Assembly (NCBI GenBank): GCA_048938025.1 | Contig: JBHLMP010000004.1 | Span: forward strand, 1-64,000 | Direction: 5' to 3' | Source of the DNA: Promethearchaeota archaeon | GTDB lineage: Archaea > Asgardarchaeota > Lokiarchaeia > Sigyniarchaeales > SOKP01 | DNA length: 64,000 nucleotides | The notes under the pieces: generated by a model | Told to the model about the DNA's origin: nothing | Databases searched by the model: none | The model's input: only the letters and a program-made list of their open reading frames with translations | In this document: one piece after another, positions 50,558 to 59,538 of the stretch | Layout: every line of letters begins with the position of its first letter | Position numbering within the stretch: the stretch's first letter is position 1 | Translations under genes and position numbers: made by a program

Positions 50558-53497
50558 ATGATTAAAGATCTCTCTGAGACCAAAGCTGATTTGACTTGTG
50601 AAGAATGTGGTGAACCAATAAAACATAATCAAATAGACAATAAACCTATATATTGTGAATTTTGTGGTGCTCAATATAGCTCTGTAGATTTGCGACATCC
50701 AGAAATATCACAACCGGAACAGGAAAGAATAAGATTTTCTTATACTACTGAAGAATTAAGCCAAGCAATTAGAAATCTTACCTATCAGAAAATTTATGAA
50801 TTGCTGAAAGCTAATTTTTCAATCATCAGCCGTTTAAAGGACCAAGAGGATCTTAAACAATCGCAAATATTAAAACTGGCTAAAAAATTACGAAGAGCAT
50901 TATTATTTCTTTCCCTTCCTTCCAACAATACTGAGTTGCTGACTAAGACCTCAAAGAAAAAGATTGAAAATTTTTTTGAGGACTTCCAAGCAAATTTAAA
51001 AAAAAAGAGAAAAAAGCAATCCAATTATGTGCCTTATTTGACGAAAAATATCAAATTCATTTATAGATTAATCAAGGGAGATTTTGAATTCTCAACTCTT
51101 GCTAAATATAATCAGAAAGCGGTGAATAAATTAAAAACCAAATTTGGGTTTAAAATCAATGCTAAAACTAAAAACGCATTCTCTTACTATTTATCAATAC
51201 TCCTGTGTAGAAAAATATATAAAATTATAACAACTCAGGGGCAGATCTTAGATTTAAAACATAGTAGAAATGAATTAACTAAGCAATATACATTAAACAC
51301 TGCTAAAGATATAACTGCATTAGTTTTAAACAATTACTTCAAGGGAAATTTCTCAAAAGCATATAGAAAATTAAAAATGGAGCTCGAGATCGATTGGGTT
51401 TACCGTGAAAGCTTTATTGACCATGTCCGCTCATTAATAAAACTGGTCTATAAATTAGCATATAACAACGGCTATACCTCTAGACTTGGAGGATTTCAAA
51501 AATTATTTGCTGAAGATTTAAAAGAAAGTAGGTTTTTTGAAGATGACACTATTTTTTCACCCTATTTTAAAGTGAATTTAACTCTGATTCTAAGCAGAAT
51601 TATTCACTGTATTCTTAATTCATCCCAAAATTTAACTCCACTACAATCTGACCCCAGAAAATTAAATCCTACTGATAACCTAAGATCGGCAAATGAGATT
51701 TTAGATGAACTTCTTGCAGATAAAAAAATTAAATCAGAATTTTTAAAGGAGTTTTATAACCTCTCTTTAGAAGAATTTCAAAAAGAATATGAGAATTTAC
51801 TAGCCAAATTAAAATCTGATATGCTCTATAAAGAAAACTTTCTATCATTCCTACAAAAACTTATAAATTCTGTTTACAAAATTACACACATCAAAAGTAA
51901 AAAATCGAATCATTCGAAAATAGAATTGGGAATTATCAAAGATCTGGCTAATTATAACTTTAATTGGGAGTCACTCAAAAAAGAAAAATCATGTTTCTAC
52001 TCAGAGGAAAAAGATAAAAGATATGATATATTTACAACAGAGATTCCAGAAAATAGTCTATTGTGGCGAGTAAGGGCTTATGTTATTGGATTCTTATTAT
52101 CAGATGGTTCAATAAGATATAATCCCTATGAAGTCGCAGCTTCTCAAAATTTAAAAGATAGAGACATACTAGATAATATTAAAAAAGCTTTAGGCGGAGA
52201 TATTCAAGGACCTGACAAAAAAAGTAAGTACTATTGGAGTGTATATAATAAAAGTTTAGTACTAACATTGAAGAAATATGGAATGGTCAAAGCACACTCA
52301 AAAGAACATATCGCAAAGAATCTAGTACCGCCTGATTTTATAACATTGATGATTAATGGAAAGTCAATATTGAGAGACTTTATTAGAGGATTTTATGATG
52401 GGGATGGTTGGATAACTGGTTCTTTTATAAGAGGTGATACTGGTTTCAAAATATTGGGTCCAGAAAAATTTTTAACAATAATACAAGAAATGATTTCAAT
52501 AGATGTTCCAGATATAAAATCATATATTACACCAGAAAGAAAACAATATTTTTTTATTAACAATAAGAAGTACCTTCTTTTTACTAAATCAAAAATATAT
52601 AAGAAAGGATACGGTTTTTATAAGCTCTCAACTGAAGAAAAAAAGAAAGGAGAAATAAAGATTTTGGATCATCCTTGGTTAAAGATTCTTCACTTCTCGG
52701 GAAACTTAAATGCTACTAAATTCTTTAACTGGTTATATGAGGATAATGACAAATTTGATCAATATGAGATTAATGGTATAAAAATTTGTGGTACAAGGAA
52801 GTTTAGAAAGGCTATTTCTATATTAGGAGATAAAAAGAAAAGAAAAGAAAGATTAGCTCCTGATTGGAAAGATACTATGACAGAAATTATACCCAAATTA
52901 AAAGCACGATTTTATAAAATAACAGAATTAAGAGATTTAACAAATGATTTACTTCTTGAAGAATTAAGGTCCTTAGGATTAGAACATCTATATGATGGAC
53001 AAAAAGCTAAAAATATGGATAAATTTCGAGAAAGATTAAAGTTTTTTGAATATCTAGATAATTTATTAGGACATTATAAAAAATCAAACATAAATTATTA
53101 TTTCAGTAAAATAAATCCTCCATCGATAATCCCTAAAGATTTTAAGAGAAGTATCTATTTGATTAAAAACGGAGATATTCGTAAAAACATTAAAAGCTTC
53201 ATAATTTATGTCCTTCTTTTGAAAGATAATCCCATGAAATTTGATGAAATTCTAAAAGAACTCAAGAAATCAAAAATTTTCGATAAGAACACTCTATATA
53301 TCAAGAATATTATAATAAATATCGTTGAATTAATATCATTTGAAATTATTTTTATCGAAGAACTTAAAAAACCAAGATTTATATTTAAGAATTTTAAAGA
53401 TCAAGATTTATATTTAAATATTTCAAGATTAAAAGTAATTTTAGGAATAGATTTAAAAGAGATTAAATTAAAACTAAAAAAACTATATTATAAATGA
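50558..53497 (+). CDS. Zinc ribbon + helical repeats + double-motif LAGLIDADG endonuclease-like protein
   Basis: CEECG/CEFCG; AYVIGFLLSDGSI and DFIRGFYDGDGWI motifs; C-terminal wHTH-like region. Confidence 0.78.
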   Translation: MIKDLSETKADLTCEECGEPIKHNQIDNKPIYCEFCGAQYSSVDLRHPEISQPEQERIRFSYTTEELSQAIRNLTYQKIYELLKANFSIISRLKDQEDLKQSQILKLAKKLRRALLFLSLPSNNTELLTKTSKKKIENFFEDFQANLKKKRKKQSNYVPYLTKNIKFIYRLIKGDFEFSTLAKYNQKAVNKLKTKFGFKINAKTKNAFSYYLSILLCRKIYKIITTQGQILDLKHSRNELTKQYTLNTAKDITALVLNNYFKGNFSKAYRKLKMELEIDWVYRESFIDHVRSLIKLVYKLAYNNGYTSRLGGFQKLFAEDLKESRFFEDDTIFSPYFKVNLTLILSRIIHCILNSSQNLTPLQSDPRKLNPTDNLRSANEILDELLADKKIKSEFLKEFYNLSLEEFQKEYENLLAKLKSDMLYKENFLSFLQKLINSVYKITHIKSKKSNHSKIELGIIKDLANYNFNWESLKKEKSCFYSEEKDKRYDIFTTEIPENSLLWRVRAYVIGFLLSDGSIRYNPYEVAASQNLKDRDILDNIKKALGGDIQGPDKKSKYYWSVYNKSLVLTLKKYGMVKAHSKEHIAKNLVPPDFITLMINGKSILRDFIRGFYDGDGWITGSFIRGDTGFKILGPEKFLTIIQEMISIDVPDIKSYITPERKQYFFINNKKYLLFTKSKIYKKGYGFYKLSTEEKKKGEIKILDHPWLKILHFSGNLNATKFFNWLYEDNDKFDQYEINGIKICGTRKFRKAISILGDKKKRKERLAPDWKDTMTEIIPKLKARFYKITELRDLTNDLLLEELRSLGLEHLYDGQKAKNMDKFRERLKFFEYLDNLLGHYKKSNINYYFSKINPPSIIPKDFKRSIYLIKNGDIRKNIKSFIIYVLLLKDNPMKFDEILKELKKSKIFDKNTLYIKNIIINIVELISFEIIFIEELKKPRFIFKNFKDQDLYLNISRLKVILGIDLKEIKLKLKKLYYK

Positions 53498-53535
53498 TAA
53501 TTTGAAAAAAAAAAGTGTAAAAAATTAATTAAATA

Positions 53536-55548
53536 TTAACCAATTTCAATATCCATCTTTTTACGTTCTTCAAGTAGCTTTTCAACAACAGAAGGATCTG
53601 CTAACGTTGTAACGTTTCCGATTTCTGTTCCAGAAGCTATAGCTTTTAAGATTCTCCGCATTATCTTGCCACTTCGCGTCTTAGGTAAATCATCGGCAAA
53701 TTGAATCACATCTGGCTGAAATACAGGACCGATCTCCTGTCTTACATGCATTCTTATCTCTTTCGATAACTTAGCTGATTTTTCGACTCCTTGGATTAAG
53801 GTTATAAATGCCCAAATTGCTTGTCCTTTGATTTTATGCGGAAATGGAGCTACAGCTGCTTCAGCAACCTTTGGATGGCTTACAAGAGCAGATTCTACTT
53901 CCATAGTTCCAATTCGATGACCTGAGACTTTAATGACATCATCTAATCGCCCAAGAATCCAATAATAACCATCTTCATCTCGTCGTGCTCCATCACCAGT
54001 ATAATAGTATCCTGGATACTTTTCAAGATATGTTGATTTAAATCTCTCTGTATCTCCCCAAACGTCTCTTAACATTCCTGGCCAAGGTTGTGCCATGGCA
54101 AAATACCCACCTTCATTTGGTTCTGTAATTTCGTCCCCTTCTAAATCGAAAATGACTGGTTTAATCCCTAAAAAGGGAAAACAACATGATCCTGGTTTTG
54201 TGGGTGTTGCTGTAGCAATTGGTGTCATTATAAAACCCCCTGTCTCTGTTAACCAATGTACGCGTTATGCGTCCATTTTTTGCCAGTAAGTATCAACTAT
54301 TGGGGCTTTACCTTTTCCAACGACTTTATGGTACCAGGTCCAAGCTTCGGGATTTATTGGCTCTCCAACAGTTCCTAATACTTTTAATGAACTTAAATCA
54401 TGCTTCTTAACTGGTTCATCACCATATCTCATCAAGGCGCGAATTGCTGTGGGAGCTGTATAGAAATGAGTTACTTTATTATGTTCTACAATATCCCAGA
54501 ATCTATCTACATCAGGATATGTTGGAACTCCCTCAAACATTAATGTAGTTGCACCATTAGCTAAAGGTCCATATACAATATAGGAGTGACCGGTAATCCA
54601 GCCGATATCTGCAGTACAGTACCAAATATCACTTTCATGGTAATTAAATACGATTTTATGTGTAAGCGACGTATATAATATATAACCTGCTGTTGTATGT
54701 TTAACACCTTTTGGTTTTCCAGTTGTTCCACTTGTATATAATATAAATAAAGTATCCTCAGAATCCATTGCTTCAGGTTCGCATTCATCGCTCATCCCTT
54801 CAATAAAATCATGATACCAAATGTCTTTATTAGTGTGGGGAACTTCTCTTCCGGAACGTTTTACTACTATGACATGCTCTATTGTTGGAACATCATCAAT
54901 AATTTGAACAACATCTGATATTTTTGGATAAAATTTCCCTGCTCTTAATGTTTCATCGCTTGTGAATAAGAGTCGTGAGTCAGAATCATCGATTCGATCC
55001 TTTACAGCTTCTTTTGAGAAACCACCAAAAACTATAGAATGAATAACTCCAAGGCGAGCACAAGCAAGCATTATTATTGCTAATTCAGGAACCATAGGTA
55101 ACCAAATGGTTACACGATCTCCCTTTTTCAAACCAAGTTTTTTCATACCATTGGCAACTTTATTGACTTCTTTTAATAATTCAGTGTAAGTATAAGTTTT
55201 AACATGTCCAGGTTCATCAGCTTCCCAAATAAGAGCCACTGTATCGCCTTTTCCAGCTTTTATGTGCCTATCTAAACTGTTATAAGCAACATTTAGTTTT
55301 CCTCCGACAAACCATTTACCAGGAAACAATTCTGTTTTTTCCCATACTTTTTTATAAGGCTCGAACCAGTCCAGAGATTTAGCTTGTTCATCCCAGAAAC
55401 CTTCCATATCTTCGATTGATTGTTTGTAAAGTTTTTTATATTCTTCTAAAGATATACCTGTTTTAGCAAATTTCTTGTTTAACTTAACAGGATCGAAAAT
55501 ACGTGTTTCAGTAAGAATACTTTCCATCTTTTTGTCTTTTTCAGACAT
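53536..55548 (-). CDS. acs: Acetyl-CoA synthetase (AMP-forming), interrupted by a 30-nt in-frame insert with a stop codon
   Basis: ORFs 54265..55548 and 53536..54228 are in the same frame; YTSGTTGKPKG, GEPIN, DTYWQ|TETGG, GRLDD, PKTRSGK; 660 aa after removing the insert. Confidence 0.93.
54249..54278 (-). other. Candidate 30-nt bulge-helix-bulge intron in acs
   Basis: Minus strand: CU-GGCA-AA|A-AAUGGACGC-AUAAC-GCGUACAUU-GGUU-AA|C-AG; removal gives TAC TGG CAA ACA GAG ACA (YWQTET). Confidence 0.6.
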
Positions 55549-55824
55549 ACCATTTCACTTCTTTGAATTTTATTATATTTGAATTATTTTATGTTATAAT
55601 TTTTGTTAATACATTAAAAATTTTAAAGATTCATATTCAGTCTCATCGTATTTAAAATTATCATTTTAATAAGACGAGAATAAGTCAAAAAATAGATATA
55701 TTAAATCATTTTTAAACATTTTATTTATAATTTCAAAAAAATTATATGGATAAAAGAGTATATAATAAAACTATTCAATATAATTTTAATAAAATAAAAT
55801 CTATTTTTAGCGTGAGTATTAAAA

Positions 55825-57735
55825 ATGAAAAAGTTAGATTTTCCAGACAATGATTGGAGAAAGAAATGGATAGAGAAAGAGATCACAGCAGAAGAAGCAG
55901 TTAGAAAAATTATCCCAGGGAATAGAGTATTCATAGATTCAGGGTGTGCAGAACCACAGTTATTAACTACAGAATTAATTAAACATTCAGAAACGTTGAT
56001 CGATACTGAAATTCTCCATTTTTTAACAATAGGTCCTGAAAAATATTTCAAAGATAAAGCTGAAGATCTTTTCCGGCATAATGCATTTTTTATTGGAAAA
56101 ACTCTTCGTGAGGAAATAAATAAAGGACAAGCAGATTATACTCCGATTTATGCTAGTGAAATTCCATCTTTATTTGTGACAGGAAGAAAACATATTGATG
56201 TAGCTCTTATACAGATTACACCACCAGATCCTTATGGTTTTTGTTCTTTTGGAATTAATGTTGATATAGCAAAACCAATAGCAAAATCATCTTATATAAC
56301 AATTGCAGAAATTAATCCCCAAATGCCAAGAACGTTAGGCAACAGCTTTATTCATATGAAAGAAATTGATTATTATGTTTATAATGATGTTCCATTATTA
56401 GAATTTCATTTTGATGAACCGGATGAAATTGCTAAAAGAATAGGACAGAATCTAGCAAATTTAATCGAAAATAAATCAACAATTCATGTTGGTTTTGGTG
56501 ATTTGCCAAATGCTGCTTTAAAATTTTTAGGTGAAAAAAAAGATTTAGGAATGCATTCGCATTATATTACAGACAATATAATACCTCTTATTGAAGAAGG
56601 TGTTTTAACATGTAGGAAAAAGAATTTTCACCCAGAAAAAATTTTAACCAGCTATGCTTTAGGGACTAAGAAATTATATGATTTTGTTAACAATAATCCC
56701 TATCTTGAGTTTTATCCCTCTGATTATGTTTGTAATCCTAGATTTATTGGAATGAATAAAAAATTGGTGTCAATAAATTCTGCTCGCCAAATTGATCTAA
56801 CTGGACAAGTAAATGCTTCTACAGAAGGATATCGATTTTATTCTGGACTTGGTGAAACTATTGATTTTATGAGAGGAGCCGCTTTTTCTAAAGGGGGTAA
56901 ACCGGTTATAATTATACCATCAACATCTAGAGATGGCAAAAAATCAAGAATAGTATCTCATTTAGATGAAGGGGCAGGGATAATGTTATCTCGAGGAGAT
57001 GTGCATTATGTAGTAACCGAATGGGGTGTTGCTTATCTCCATGGCAAATCAATTAGAGAAAGAGTACTTGAATTGATTTGTATTGCCCATCCACAATTCC
57101 GTCAATCACTATTAGACGAGGCTAAAAAACTAAATTATGTATATTCTGACCAAGTACTTCCATGTGATGATAATGGGAATATTTGTCTTTATCCCTTTCA
57201 ATATGTAACTATTTATGAAACACACGATAAACAAAAGATTAGAATACGTCCTGTTAAAACTACTGATGAACCATTATTAAGAGATTTGTATTACTCATTG
57301 AGTGAGAGGGATAGATATTTAAGGTTTTTTGAGTTGAAAAAAGAATTTACTCATTCTAAAACTCAATTTGAAGTAAATATTGATTATAACAATGTTTTTT
57401 CCATTGGAGCATTTACAGGAGAAATTGGAAATGAAAAGATGATAGGAAATGCTACTTATTATTTAAATCCTAAATTAAATATGGGAGAGTATAGTTTCCT
57501 TGTGAGAGATGATTATAGAGGCAAAGGAATTGGTGGATTTCTCTATCAACAAATAATCATTATCGCAAAAGAAAGAGGATTAAAAGGACTTTATGGAAAT
57601 ATTCATATTCAAAATAAAAGTGCTGTCAGAATAATTAGAACAGGTGGATATACTAGAATTACTCCTCCAGGAAATCTTGATGGAAAAGAACTGTTCTATG
57701 AAGTCTTTTTTGATAAAGAGGATTCAACAAATTGA
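55825..57735 (+). CDS. Acetyl-CoA hydrolase/transferase fused to a C-terminal GNAT acetyltransferase
   Basis: SGCAEP, SINSARQIDLTGQV, SGLGETIDFMRGA, VVTEWG, IAHPQFR; GNAT IRPVK...YLRFF...YRGKGIG. Confidence 0.88.
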   Translation: MKKLDFPDNDWRKKWIEKEITAEEAVRKIIPGNRVFIDSGCAEPQLLTTELIKHSETLIDTEILHFLTIGPEKYFKDKAEDLFRHNAFFIGKTLREEINKGQADYTPIYASEIPSLFVTGRKHIDVALIQITPPDPYGFCSFGINVDIAKPIAKSSYITIAEINPQMPRTLGNSFIHMKEIDYYVYNDVPLLEFHFDEPDEIAKRIGQNLANLIENKSTIHVGFGDLPNAALKFLGEKKDLGMHSHYITDNIIPLIEEGVLTCRKKNFHPEKILTSYALGTKKLYDFVNNNPYLEFYPSDYVCNPRFIGMNKKLVSINSARQIDLTGQVNASTEGYRFYSGLGETIDFMRGAAFSKGGKPVIIIPSTSRDGKKSRIVSHLDEGAGIMLSRGDVHYVVTEWGVAYLHGKSIRERVLELICIAHPQFRQSLLDEAKKLNYVYSDQVLPCDDNGNICLYPFQYVTIYETHDKQKIRIRPVKTTDEPLLRDLYYSLSERDRYLRFFELKKEFTHSKTQFEVNIDYNNVFSIGAFTGEIGNEKMIGNATYYLNPKLNMGEYSFLVRDDYRGKGIGGFLYQQIIIIAKERGLKGLYGNIHIQNKSAVRIIRTGGYTRITPPGNLDGKELFYEVFFDKEDSTN

Positions 57736-57899
57736 TTAATCAGTTAAGATAACCCAAGAAAACTTCCAAAGGGCTTTTTTATAAAGGATTGAATAGATTG
57801 AACCTTATCTAAATTGCTTCACTTCATTTCTAAAAAGCAATCTTTATTACTCGAGATTTCAATTATTACAAGTAAAAAAAGCACAGTTGTTATCACCAA

Positions 57900-57947
57900 G
57901 AATTATTTTATGAAGTCTTTTTTGATAAAGAAAATTCCATGGAATAA
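57900..57947 (+). repeat. Displaced duplicate of the hydrolase-GNAT gene 3' end
   Basis: Encodes ELFYEVFFDKENSME* versus ELFYEVFFDKEDSTN* at 57688-57735; 23-bp exact match at 57697-57719 and 57909-57931. Confidence 0.8.
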
Positions 57948-57996
57948 ATAAACAATATTTTTATCTTTCTTCTTTAATTATCAATTTTGTTGATTT

Positions 57997-58800
57997 ATGA
58001 GATTTAAATTTACAGATTTTCATGTTCACACAAGAGATTGGAGTATAGATGTAGCAGACGATGGTCCTGCTTTTGAAGATTATATAAAAGTGGCTGAAAA
58101 GCACCGAATTAATGTCTGTTTTCTTGATCATTATGAGCTTTATTACATAGAAAATGATAAGACCAATCCGTTTTATGGTGGTAAAATAGATGATTATCTT
58201 GAAGAGATTGATAACTTTAAAGAAACATATGATTTTATACTCAGCGGTTTAGAAGTTGAATATTATGAGGATAAAGAGATTCAACTACTTGAATTAATGG
58301 ATGATTATAGGAAAGAACTTGATTTTATTGGAGGATCTATTCACGAATGGATCATTGGTTATCCAATTACAACAAAAGAGGGTTTAACAGGCTTACTAGA
58401 AAAAAAGCCAATTAAACAAATTATTGATGAATATTTTAGGATTAGTGAAAAAATGATAAATTCGAATATTTTTAAGAATATCTGTCACATTGATACTATT
58501 TTTCGTTATATTAATAATAATGATTTAATACCTACAGATGATTGTGACGTTTCTGATAGTCGAATAATAAATTTAGGTCGTTTATGTATAAAAAATAGAA
58601 TTAAGATAGAATTGAACTTATCTGGATTGAGGTTTCCAATAAATAGGACGTTTCCTTCCTTGCATGTTGTGAAAAAATTAAAGAATGAGGGAGGAGAATT
58701 TTTTGTAGGATCTGATTCACATTCAATTGAATATTTCAAAAAACAAATTCCAGAAGTACAGAAAGCTTACAATTTTTTAAATTTAATTCATAAAAATTAA
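57997..58800 (+). CDS. PHP-family histidinol-phosphatase-like protein
   Basis: DFHVHT, LDH, GLEVE, GSIH, CHID, ELN, GSDSH. Confidence 0.88.
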   Translation: MRFKFTDFHVHTRDWSIDVADDGPAFEDYIKVAEKHRINVCFLDHYELYYIENDKTNPFYGGKIDDYLEEIDNFKETYDFILSGLEVEYYEDKEIQLLELMDDYRKELDFIGGSIHEWIIGYPITTKEGLTGLLEKKPIKQIIDEYFRISEKMINSNIFKNICHIDTIFRYINNNDLIPTDDCDVSDSRIINLGRLCIKNRIKIELNLSGLRFPINRTFPSLHVVKKLKNEGGEFFVGSDSHSIEYFKKQIPEVQKAYNFLNLIHKN

Positions 58801-58812
58801 ATTATTATTAGC

Positions 58813-59529
58813 ATGGAATCAAACGAATTTATAGCAAGAGTGGATAAATGGGATCAAAAAATCATTCTGAAATATAATGGAATAGGAGGAAAAGCATTTA
58901 CATATGTATTAAAACCAATTTCATTTCTTGGGAGAGAAACGGTATGGATTTCTTTAATCGCATTTTATTTATTAATATGGTACGATCCGTTTTTATTTTC
59001 TCATTTTTCTGCTATATTCTTAAATGGATTTATTTTAATATTCTCAATTAAGAATATTGTTAAAAGATCAAGACCATTTGACAGATTTAATGAAAATAAA
59101 TTACAAGTGTTAGAACGTAAGCCAGTCTCCAAGAGTTTTCCTTCTTGGCATTCGTATAATGTTGTTGCTTATGGGTTATTATTTGGCTTTTTACTAAATT
59201 CACTTTTGTTGATGATTGTTATGTTATGTATTGCTGTGGTAGTATCTTTTTCAAGAATTCAAATAGGAGTACACTACCCTACTGATGTAATTTTTGGTTA
59301 TTTTCTGGGAATTATTGGTTTTATTTTAGCAATCTATATCGTTTCCCCATTATTAAATATGCTTATAATATATTTAGAACAGTTTATTAAACAAGAAATT
59401 CAATACCAACAAATTAATACAATGTTAATTAAAAACTTCTGGTATCTATTTTTATGTGTTGGTATTTTTTTAGGGATATTTTTATTAGCCATATCACGAG
59501 TGATTAAAGAATATATTAAAAAAAAATAA
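58813..59529 (+). CDS. PAP2 family membrane phosphatase
   Basis: KxxxxRxRP, SFPSWHS, SRIQIGVHYPTD. Confidence 0.9.
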   Translation: MESNEFIARVDKWDQKIILKYNGIGGKAFTYVLKPISFLGRETVWISLIAFYLLIWYDPFLFSHFSAIFLNGFILIFSIKNIVKRSRPFDRFNENKLQVLERKPVSKSFPSWHSYNVVAYGLLFGFLLNSLLLMIVMLCIAVVVSFSRIQIGVHYPTDVIFGYFLGIIGFILAIYIVSPLLNMLIIYLEQFIKQEIQYQQINTMLIKNFWYLFLCVGIFLGIFLLAISRVIKEYIKKK

Positions 59530-59538
59530 TATGCGTAT

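Larger units (their letters stand above)
42090..53535. mobile_element. Genomic island C (~11.4 kb) between acs and remnant 3
   Basis: Bounded by acs 3'-end copies; carries defence/modification genes and a LAGLIDADG protein. Confidence 0.55.

Noticed and set aside
50558-53497. Intein-encoded LAGLIDADG
   Set aside because: No Hint-domain splice motifs (N-terminal C/S block, C-terminal HN followed by C/S/T) or recognisable host extein were seen.
11316-53535. Provirus or IS element
   Set aside because: No capsid, terminase, portal, integrase or transposase motifs and no terminal inverted repeats were recognised.
54251-54276. Alternative BHB register (central helix GCAA/UGGU, bulges AAA and UAA)
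   Set aside because: It would excise 28 nt and shift the frame; only the 30-nt register restores the protein.
54229-54290. acs split by a frameshift, or read through as selenocysteine/pyrrolysine
   Set aside because: Both halves are in the same frame; the stop is UAA, not UGA or UAG; readthrough would leave 10 extra residues within the AMP-binding YWQTETG motif.
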